A stretch of 64,000 bases of DNA, taken from positions 64,001 to 128,000 of IMG/VR virus record IMGVR_UViG_3300032227_001172; one strand, given 5' to 3'. The notes beneath the pieces are model-generated. The model ran no database searches. It saw only the letters and a program-made list of their open reading frames with translations, and was not told the DNA's origin. How positions within the stretch are numbered: the first letter of the stretch is position 1; each line of letters starts with the position of its first letter. Source of the stretch: a virus (lineage: Duplodnaviria > Caudoviricetes). Below are positions 33,301 to 37,863 of the stretch, one piece after another. The position numbers and the translations under genes are program-made.

Positions 33301-36300
33301 ATACCACGGCTTTTTATACCAGCTTCACCACCAAGATCCGACAATGTTTTTACCATAGCATCAGCTATAGCTTGTTCGATAGACTGATCTTGTTTTTTAT
33401 TTCTTAAAGCAATCTGACCAATCTCTCCATATAGTCCGACACTTGTTGTATCAGACTCTACCAAGTCTCCGTCCATGAATTTTTGAATAATTCCTCCTGT
33501 GGCTTTATTTTTAGGACGAATTGGTTTGCCTAACCCTTCTATTATTTTTTGATCATATACAACTGCCATTTGTTCATCTAAGTCTTTACCAGCTATTTTT
33601 TTGGCGCCACGTATATTCCTTTTAACCATTTCTTCTCTTATTGCTTGAGATGCTCTTTCTAGTGCTTTGTATTGAGGATCAACCTCTCCCTTCTTGCGAA
33701 GTTCAGGTTCCATTTTTTCTGCTAAATGTGCAGTCATAAATTCTACAACACTGCCGAAAGGCGCTGTCTTTAAATTTATTCCACTAGTCGGTATCTTTTT
33801 GGTTTTAAAAATATCTTGAATAGCCGGTAGAACTTTTTTAGATATTGGTGCAGATGCTTCTGGAAAACCAGATATTCCATCTTTAATTTTTACAGGATAA
33901 ATACCGCCCTTACCTCCAGTTCGCCGCATACCTCTTCTTGCATAGTCAGCAGCAAGACCTTCTTTATTTAATCCAAAATAAGCTCCAGCGCCTAGTAATC
34001 CACCGGGACTTTTAGTTACATCTAATTCCTCTAAATCATGACCGGTACCATGATAAAGTGTTTGATCAGTTACTTTACCACCCCTAGGGAATCTTTGAAC
34101 TTGTCCTCCCATTAATGTGTCTGCTATCTGATTTGGCACAAAATCTCTAGATTGTGTCCCACCAGTACCTGTCGCAGAACGAGAACTAATCTCTACAGGC
34201 CTAGGAGACCATAGTTTTTCTCTAGTCAGTATACTTTTAGCTATGTCCGCAAATCTATAAATTTGTTCATCTCTAGAAATATATCCTGGTGGCTTGGGAG
34301 GATCTGCTTTTCGCCCTACCTCTTCTTTAAAAGCTTTTCTAATTTCATTTTCTACTTTAGTAGGTATATTGGCTATGCCTTGTCTTTTGACTCTACTACT
34401 AATTTTATCAGCATTGGTTCCATATAATAAAAAAGGACTATTCAATGCTTGCTGAAAATCTGGTAATGTTATATGCCCAGAACCTTTTCTGCGCATAGCA
34501 TTATTAAAAGACTGTGGTAATGCTATAGTAAAATTAGGTAAAACTTGTATATCTTCACCATTTAAAATACTTCTAATTCTTGTACCAATCACTCTTTGTC
34601 CAGATACTCGCTCGTATTCTTGTGGGGTTACTGGCCTACCATACCTTGTAGGATCTATAGCATGCGCTCTAACAGTAGGTTCTTGCGGATCATATCTTAT
34701 AGCTGTAGCATCTTTTACTGCCCGTTGTTTTTCTTCGTCTGTACGATTATCTTGAACTATAGGATACAATCCATCTTCTGGCCTTGAGTTTCTTATGCGT
34801 GCTCTTCTACTAACGCCAGCTGCTGTATTGCTGCTTCCCGCCATAAATTTTTGAATAGACCCACCACCATTATTCATTCTAACAAGATTACCAGCACCAT
34901 ACTTTTGTACAGCGCTCTTTCTCATGACAAACTCACCAGGAGTTAGCATAGCAGGAACACTGTCAGTATTTCCGGCACCGGGTACACTGCCACCTTTTGC
35001 AAAATGACGAACATAGCCACCACTACTTAATCTTTGATTTTGTGCTCCTGTTCTAATACCACCAGCAAAACCTCTACCAAACTGTGTTAATGCTTGAAAA
35101 CCTTTAATAGCAAAAATAGCAGTTAGTGCCGGTAAGGCTCCTTTAACAGCATCGGCAACCGATATGAACGCGCTTGCTAAATCTAATCCTAATCTGACTA
35201 AATCTTGAAAACCTTGAGATTGTCCAATACTACGAACTAAAGCACTAAATTCTTCACGAACTTTAGCCATCTGATTAGCTAAACTAAGTTGTGCTGTAGC
35301 AGCATCTTTAGCTAATGATCCTTGTCCCTGTTGAGCAACATTTAATGCTTGTTGTGCTGTTGTAAATTGTTGAATAAGCGGAATAACTTTACCGATCTGT
35401 CTAAAACCACCAAGCTCTTCAACGATTCTGCTAAATCTGATGTCTCTAGGATCTAATGAGGATAAACCTGCTGCTAGTCTTCTAACAGCCTCATATGGTC
35501 CTACGAATTTACCTTCAAGATCTGTTAATGCTACTCCATAAGATTTAAGAGCATTAATAGTGTCTTCTCTTTGAATACGAGTAAAAATAGTTCTTAAGCC
35601 AGTAGCAATAGTTTCGGCGCTTTCACGAGTAGTAGCTCTAACGCTTGTAAATACAGCAATAAATTCATTTAGTGCGTCTGTTCCTTGGCTTACTCCCTTA
35701 CTAGCAGCAGCAAACACACCACCAGTTCTTGAAATGGCCGTAACAATATCACTAGCTTCAACAGCAAACTTAGCAGCAACAGCATTGATACTGCCCAAAG
35801 CTCCTTCTAATTGACTTGCACTAATACCAAACTGTCTCATTAATGCAATACTGCCTTCTACAGTACTATTTAGATCATCAAACGATGGAGCTAATGCCGA
35901 TCTAGCCAAAGCCTGTAAGGCTATCGATGTATCTCTAGCACTCAAACCGGCCTGCGCCAAGGTTTGTGCCACATTAATCAAATCCTGTGACGCAACACCG
36001 AGACCCGTGGATAGTTTGGTGATATTACTAACCAAAAATCCAAGACTTTGTACTGGAGTATCTGTAACCTGAGAAACTTTTACTAGCTGTTGATTAAATT
36101 GAATAAAGTCTTGAGTAGCATTAGTAATAGCATTAGATGCTTTATATATTATACCAGTAACAGTAGCAAATGCGGCAAAACGTCTAACAGCCAAGGCTGA
36201 CTGTCTACCAAACTCAGTAAATTCTGACGTAGCACCACGAGTAGCCGTTGCAGCTCTGTTATTGGCTTGTGTAGCTTGGTTAGCTCCTTGAGCAACCTGA

Positions 36301-36596
36301 TTCATGGTTTGCGGAATATTTTGTAAATTATTCGATAATAATCTTGCAGCGTTACCTAGTTGAGTAATAGATCTCGATGTAGTATCTGCTAAGGTTCTTG
36401 TTTGTTGCAGTGTTCTATTGAAGTCTTGAAAAGATCTACTAATAGTATTAATTTGTCTATTTGTCTGTTGATTGATCTGAACAGTAACATTAGTGTTTAT
36501 GCTACCTAGCTGGCGACGTAAATCACTAACGACCTGTCTAATATTAGACGGTCCTCGTAGATTAATTTCAGCAGTAAGATTAAATCCTCTAGCCAT
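21360..36596 (-). CDS. Tape measure protein (TP901-type core) carrying multiple enzymatic cargo domains, 5078 aa
   Basis: SD GAGGA. N-terminal TMP core (...INVAQTLAQAGL...INAVAAKFAVEASDIVTAISRTG...RESAETIATGLRTIFTRI), long Ala/Gln/Leu coiled coils, hydrophobic Gly/Ala segments, TMP-type PAMLTPGEFV modules, canonical position after tube and chaperone genes. Confidence 0.93.
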   Translation of the reverse strand: MARGFNLTAEINLRGPSNIRQVVSDLRRQLGSINTNVTVQINQQTNRQINTISRSFQDFNRTLQQTRTLADTTSRSITQLGNAARLLSNNLQNIPQTMNQVAQGANQATQANNRAATATRGATSEFTEFGRQSALAVRRFAAFATVTGIIYKASNAITNATQDFIQFNQQLVKVSQVTDTPVQSLGFLVSNITKLSTGLGVASQDLINVAQTLAQAGLSARDTSIALQALARSALAPSFDDLNSTVEGSIALMRQFGISASQLEGALGSINAVAAKFAVEASDIVTAISRTGGVFAAASKGVSQGTDALNEFIAVFTSVRATTRESAETIATGLRTIFTRIQREDTINALKSYGVALTDLEGKFVGPYEAVRRLAAGLSSLDPRDIRFSRIVEELGGFRQIGKVIPLIQQFTTAQQALNVAQQGQGSLAKDAATAQLSLANQMAKVREEFSALVRSIGQSQGFQDLVRLGLDLASAFISVADAVKGALPALTAIFAIKGFQALTQFGRGFAGGIRTGAQNQRLSSGGYVRHFAKGGSVPGAGNTDSVPAMLTPGEFVMRKSAVQKYGAGNLVRMNNGGGSIQKFMAGSSNTAAGVSRRARIRNSRPEDGLYPIVQDNRTDEEKQRAVKDATAIRYDPQEPTVRAHAIDPTRYGRPVTPQEYERVSGQRVIGTRIRSILNGEDIQVLPNFTIALPQSFNNAMRRKGSGHITLPDFQQALNSPFLLYGTNADKISSRVKRQGIANIPTKVENEIRKAFKEEVGRKADPPKPPGYISRDEQIYRFADIAKSILTREKLWSPRPVEISSRSATGTGGTQSRDFVPNQIADTLMGGQVQRFPRGGKVTDQTLYHGTGHDLEELDVTKSPGGLLGAGAYFGLNKEGLAADYARRGMRRTGGKGGIYPVKIKDGISGFPEASAPISKKVLPAIQDIFKTKKIPTSGINLKTAPFGSVVEFMTAHLAEKMEPELRKKGEVDPQYKALERASQAIREEMVKRNIRGAKKIAGKDLDEQMAVVYDQKIIEGLGKPIRPKNKATGGIIQKFMDGDLVESDTTSVGLYGEIGQIALRNKKQDQSIEQAIADAMVKTLSDLGGEAGIKSRGISIPGNLQRKIRKDSIISGKLDSLVVAGILNKAKAAAKNEEDRIRGIRKVAIAGLQPIGYAKDKEWTLSTGPDSPLDGQKYVAMIRGFGQEYLSDVQRLREKQRQTSLDFAKDTTATEALGPLGQTDKQIVGPFRPLAIDFDETLAFGTKMVDKTGAEDLPSYSIRDKVADSLAQAKPTRLAQRLAEVEKKNPGIVRRFTRVLTARPQSTADLVATTLNRFGLPYQTSDVTGVSQGLGTNIAKAKADNLAAFERFIDDNEDNIKVAKKRGIDTYRYKEPESFDDTKMYTKTGEGNIEGALLEQALAQKLGYRLNIDTLESNRAIDFPDGLGNASSLFHLPPNIETEVKRTLDGSSFEKARTEFERYFTENPNKFNNGGRVKFAAGGSSQPKDTLEKYFTDAAPINLGLSNSKSLSKNERRGLASDVKNLRQLRTPAPEELYSSLSRNAFDKFAMDTGLNKSPDIPKDTKYNNRQTYYAQEVAKIVGKAFSLPGFVSTSKNYAVAKSFLDNAPRSEDNWAAMLTVRTKKNGQGVDVAEQFKDRKINVTKKDINPRTGQMETFFMKQPSEENEFILSPRSRFRVDKAKYVDLMGRHNLWADVQQFADGGSVPALVSNGEAYVPPKTAKSIGYGNLKRMNQADRNGMGRFSKGGISVFKGPGSGTSDSIRTSLPEGSFILRAKATKALGFNRGGRVGVQKFNNGGDVFEFSSTASRVGEDAAKALEQAVENMMAKVVSQIAKANPTMSFDDAYAEASGRVLPESQVLFGAKQAAETGDQRAAELVYQQQRQQVNALTRQIRATNNSVSVADARAAAEQRVSQAWGGLIQKVKQTAQSQQQLNTSTQQLTTAQNNSAQAQDDGDMAGGGGRTGGLNLSNLGTALAFTGPMLAQQIGDSIGGTTGAGIAGGATAFSTYTSIGAQFGGIGAIAGALVGAVAAVDGFASAVAQKESELATIQLDKAVEQSAQVRERFVKTGRSEDAGTLVTNFQKIQALEEKRMASNLKAEQPGMVSRALSTATFGYLGGDKRSSAEISGARTAEQQAAAQEAQALISSMIAAGKSYDQVTNILQQQGVALSDLYTAIAEANPEYQAEVTTIQKSNMAEQLKERAIQGVKRKYVDQARTLANAEFADSARAKAAQKLTQKINVVSASMTRTFDNLNQAINASSASLKQASDDLQKIVSGATGFTANLDALNVLQNPRAFGREQQNTAIGQASQFAGRDRGFIEQLARFSLDAEDIVAGGAARAQQTGANQAVVATNIINQLTQKIDAVFGRNDLGDRLRNEFKDKIEESLKRGEEIDIQKLLEESGLSNQLQASKQAFEALQNSLKLVQEAMNFAANAANEYGKLQQNLRENQANYQNTLTQSNIALKEALGQRVGIGERLQSRRNVAATRAGVAPEQLNATDLASRKDTLQKEVNAIRSALQNTANTFDSTIPKADARFTALTKKLAETESALKATEQGLESLPGAIEGNINDIIGEIGRIQQELSGRQQAAGSFAEQLVGSTPQELGELNSTFNLLNNTLNGQITTINQSQAAQQAYFQALQNGSTQQEAYAAAQQAFAGQTKSALGLFNQLSQMSGLEGPQINNMRADLLENFAKAQGMGLQNNPMFQKMIELLRQPPEQSPEIQALQGMLKAQQAELATSTQALNEGILAKQKDILDSANQTFIKALSEVRVKFDTEQLRGAGFGVGTPGQATNTQRLSGGGIVYASDGTYVNYQPRGTDTIPAMLSPGEFVVNAQATKNNLGLLSAINGSAGNSKTFSRGGVVYAAGGLDPTALLADIDAQTQVLFNAGKKGGSAVQTGGNAAKGFIAEKYFQSLSNLLSYIGEKIPKLKGMNIPNLLKLDLFKLATSPATREFLGKTFSVLGPILTLAQRAYVAYEGGGITGALTGSVSGGGDVGAERSMIGGALGVERGGYTDLAAGNLTEFGFAIGEGAIAGRVFGPPGALIGASIAGGAQIVGSVGRETTGLYNDRQNLSTSRETTRRMENAGRSNLEDSREAEVARRAGGRETYEGRSVAEILFIEQQAKLQNKIEDLKAKPRTQAGDRLVADLEARKAQAYQDQKRASATRNEEQLFVRTGSFFNSSTFDDATLNEEIQKEASYQRRTSEARSQMAAEDKDAAVQKADQQAREQADADALFDKQWSERTKLTERKKAVGLREWATNEDLEKAEAAQNAKMQRQANIDAERGRIDDAIYATDPNRMSLDGFGLDKPLTPEQRLLQQKFGSYRETSESTNRVIPWIKRLPPNAFSPEFQKSVTDREELYRQIQEEKASRYDPNNSFAGDELKWEKEKNARLDTLYGQLNTVNQNINQEYKDKKYDQLDTEGRQKLWDQYKSGQLVQAKAQQREEKKANDKLAKQQGDQIRATAKYMNMPIPDKFSNPGVFLTWRKNLQKKLQKDFPFGARTPEALGTLGIPPDMIDAVYNPFNSQELVSIYSSMLQNAPLSPKASQVVAALRVQQNNLSKNVENDPRLQQIISSASPAERKEITKQFESTFVRSSKQIGVFEKLVSRFDKLNPGQKKMAQANLYTRAAKQGLIDPRANNDFNIARLNALGGGNVAGFLYPAQQTQNEAIRVSNKVATKSRGGIIYASTGMLVPYQPQGTDTVPAMLTPGEFVVNRAATQKHLPLLQSINRSRGGKIEYLADGGVGGASMTTDPTKYVDGVQIEPAPDKRIDEVLMNAKESTKLGYINKDNIQTNTQAVPQNNITSQEKLDYTIAMLKQCCEAQAIASDKILNVLDDFGVVMNNAIQAIAAQIGGVIPQLPGQPIPAPPQGPQPGQPMGMYRGGMVYAADGTLVNYQPKGTDTVPAMLTPGEFVINRAATQKHLPLLHAINDGYYNNGGVVYAQNGVQVESASRSTKQTQQAQRIQQNISTEGMEIGNRTITRLRDAMERSGQNMDTDNIQANREMGNGPQSESVFPALQSLGGQKTPINKLLDKKVPVNVKLIGGGLLGENIGKDNGPQNVFVAPWQTFDQDNRVGNQNNRLDPQEYKEWWAIVAHELRHYLQRHTTSPAVTKDNRTSISTNQYLQPLYNALQKDGSLTEDEIDYFYKAREMDVRFGAMRSTLKPLIDNKKVKPPTNWSEFIGGVKTVPENERVLDIQTGIQHYYDTIESLKNKSLLSQEYVDSLYNQFYARAAIVLSKGGVVYAQDGFDPSRPKLPTPTVQSGSFKEGVHDKNSVIRDSEYSRSLKRMGIPHISQSGGSKTYLDQNGREISANEFKLLPETSFNHPEYAAMRSRAAFAAGAAKSFVPQMGATSGAIIAAAALAPLGPPGIIAGGLIGGITGAGVGSLVQETALNTGAPKPNAIANQLMDENPVSAMAGSTAGDVATGGLLSLALPSIPTPTRVGDSMVGPGGLTPKQIRYAEKALNRPISEAITPFVGMKGFGGRYVDGPISVDQLVYKARDNLAESIHYSGADPKTFDSLTTRFTEPVPGALGDYQGGLSRISPKITPEQMIGTVAHEAAHHYQTMKDPTGKLLKVWMENNRDQVADSVLKRTTSQYHEMATPRNHMGYGVNDILEGTADYYKKRSIEQMRTELGEDGFMSLVDDALINMGVVIDKDRINSTLRSEADNYTRGRSGGSYGNAGLAFGREDASLIQPDIMAEVGVRGPKTLTAHDRVLDAITRLSKDRGFTSQNYLDIAENSGSQEFLTSNFQDFPGTDEQTRELSKSLVRFMETKGGEGVKMTPPPLPPSPPKLNYRSHGGAIYASTGTLVNYQPRGTDTVPAMLTPGEFVVNRQATQRHLPVLRAINDGYYQNGGIVYASDGIFVRRGQHRNPRERRIDEVQRAQQAQQAQQQQMLTPRPVVMQPQAQMVLANRVNQASQAAFNPESFGNINQQLTIFGTLLTGVNQTLVQFGTILQGFQQPAMGPAAAGGNNANGVNNGVAGFVLQFGNLIKELQRINIPQQINLAMQPARITVDITGAQLFAALQPAIQGVIMANIDASMKDWVANNLEGVEPPNFGGGTIDI
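21972..22176 (-). repeat. TMP linker module copy 6 (YRSHGG-AI-YASTG...GTDTVPAMLTPGEFVVN...YYQNGG-IV-YASDG)
   Basis: Direct translation; near-identical peptide to copies 3-5. Confidence 0.95.
24732..24934 (-). repeat. TMP linker module copy 5 (MYRGG-MV-YAADG...GTDTVPAMLTPGEFVIN...YYNNGG-VV-YAQNG)
   Basis: Direct translation. Confidence 0.95.
25340..25537 (-). repeat. TMP linker module copy 4 (KSRGG-II-YASTG...GTDTVPAMLTPGEFVVN...RSRGG-KIE-YLADGG)
   Basis: Direct translation; shares an exact 21-nt stretch (taatggtaaatgtttttgtgt) with copy 5. Confidence 0.95.
27975..28193 (-). repeat. TMP linker module copy 3 (RLSGGG-IV-YASDG...GTDTIPAMLSPGEFVVN...FSRGG-VV-YAAGG)
   Basis: Direct translation. 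Confidence 0.95.
31199..31500 (-). repeat. TMP linker module copy 2, divergent double/permuted form (VPALVSNGEAYV...GPGSGTSDSIRTSLPEGSFIL)
   Basis: Two degenerate copies of the module bounded by FADGG, FSKGG, FNRGG and FNNGG. Confidence 0.8.
34861..35033 (-). repeat. TMP linker module copy 1 (RLSSGG-YVRH-FAKGG...GNTDSVPAMLTPGEFVM...RMNNGG)
   Basis: Direct translation. Confidence 0.95.
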
Positions 36597-36604
36597 ATAT
36601 TATA

Positions 36605-36609
36605 TCCTC
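36605..36609 (-). promoter_or_regulatory. Shine-Dalgarno site of the TMP gene
   Basis: GAGGA 8 nt upstream of the ATG at 36596. Confidence 0.8.
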
Positions 36610-36648
36610 AAAAAAATAACGCCATACCGAAATACAGCATGGCGCTAT
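36610..36648 (-). terminator. Rho-independent terminator between the chaperone-like gene and the TMP gene
   Basis: Minus strand ATAGCGCCATGCTG-TATTT-CGGTATGGCGTTAT-TTTTTT: 14-bp stem with three G-U pairs, 5-nt loop, 7-U run, immediately followed by the TMP SD GAGGA. Confidence 0.85.
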
Positions 36649-36680
36649 GAAAAGAAATGAATATTGTCTTAGGAATAAGA

Positions 36681-37550
36681 TCAACTGGATGGTTCAGCCT
36701 CTTGCTTGACAGCCTCTGGTTTTGGTACTTCATTTTCTTTGGTTTCTACCTTGTCTTCAAGAACTATTGGATTACCACTATCGTCTAAAAACGGCTGACT
36801 ATCAACTACGTACTCACCATCTTTATCCACCCTGTTTCCGTCTCTATCGACAAAGTTTCCTTCTTCATCAATAAAGCGACCATTCTCATCAACCAACCGG
36901 CCTTCTGAATCAATGGTTCTACCTTTCTTGTCAATAAATCGTAAATCATCATTAACAAACTTATATTTCTTCAAAAATTTATTTTCTGGTAGATTCTTTT
37001 CAAAATTATTATCTAAACCATAAATCATATTAGCTAATTTTTGAGCACCAGCCAACGCAACAGGATCATCTATCCTGTCCATATAATCTGCCAAGTCTTT
37101 AAAGTAAGGCTTTTCAGTATCTTTATACACCACACAAGCGCTAACTAAATAATTAAATCTAGCATTATCGGCTTGTCCTTCGGCACTATGATTATCTAAA
37201 CTGGTTCTTACACTAATTAAATCTCTAATATCCAAACGGACAGACTTCATTTTTAAAGCAATTTTTTTAGCTTCTGACAGCTGAATACCGCCTTTTGCCA
37301 ATTGTTTTTCACCATCTGATAATTCTTTTTGGAGATTTTCATATTTGACTTGTTTATCTTTATTCCAAAGTCCTTGTTCTTCAAGAACGTCTTCCATCTT
37401 TGCTCTCACCACACTATTACTTTTAATAGCATCAGTAAAAGCCGTATTATAGACTTTTTGAGCTTCTCTCTGATCAGACAAGGATGGTGAACGCACCATA
37501 AATGTCTTTTCTTCTCCATTAACTTCTACTTGAAAATCCTGAGTTTTCAT
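36681..37550 (-). CDS. Probable tail assembly chaperone with C-terminal DxxG heptad repeats (289 aa)
   Basis: Immediately upstream of TMP; chaperone-like N-terminus (VEVNGEEKTFMVRSPSLSDQREA) and 'YLVSACVVYKDTEKPYF'; acidic tail. Confidence 0.6.
   Translation of the reverse strand: MKTQDFQVEVNGEEKTFMVRSPSLSDQREAQKVYNTAFTDAIKSNSVVRAKMEDVLEEQGLWNKDKQVKYENLQKELSDGEKQLAKGGIQLSEAKKIALKMKSVRLDIRDLISVRTSLDNHSAEGQADNARFNYLVSACVVYKDTEKPYFKDLADYMDRIDDPVALAGAQKLANMIYGLDNNFEKNLPENKFLKKYKFVNDDLRFIDKKGRTIDSEGRLVDENGRFIDEEGNFVDRDGNRVDKDGEYVVDSQPFLDDSGNPIVLEDKVETKENEVPKPEAVKQEAEPSS
36766..36945 (-). repeat. 7-aa D-x-x-G-x-x-[IV] tandem repeat
   Basis: IDKKGRT-IDSEGRL-VDENGRF-IDEEGNF-VDRDGNR-VDKDGEY...LDDSGNP. 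Confidence 0.9.
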
Positions 37551-37569
37551 ATAATACTAACCCTTTCTT

Positions 37570-37863
37570 TTAAGTCTCTTTAGGTTTACCTAAGTTATAG
37601 TAATATCTTTGTTTAACAATACCATTTCCATATTTAGAAAAATCATCTTTGAGATTCCTAATCTGTGCATTACCCTGATTCAAAATCTGATTGCGTGTAA
37701 AATCCCACATATCTGCAAAATCTTCTTCTTGTTGTGTTAATGGTCCATCTTTAAAATGACCCCATAAATTTCCAAAGTTTTTTTCAAACTTATCTAGAGC
37801 ACCAATCATTGTGGTTTGTATTCTTTTTTCCATTTGAAATTGTAACTTATCTATATTAGACAT
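37570..37863 (-). CDS. Hypothetical protein in the tail-assembly cluster (97 aa)
   Basis: TAATG overlap with the upstream gene; SD AGGA inside the upstream 3' end. Confidence 0.75.
   Translation of the reverse strand: MSNIDKLQFQMEKRIQTTMIGALDKFEKNFGNLWGHFKDGPLTQQEEDFADMWDFTRNQILNQGNAQIRNLKDDFSKYGNGIVKQRYYYNLGKPKET

Noticed and set aside
21972-35033. TMP repeats as CRISPR, DGR template/variable repeats or inteins
   Set aside because: They are in-frame coding repeats diverged at synonymous sites rather than at adenines only; no reverse transcriptase or cas gene is present; no intein C/S...HN-C/S/T termini or LAGLIDADG motifs were seen.
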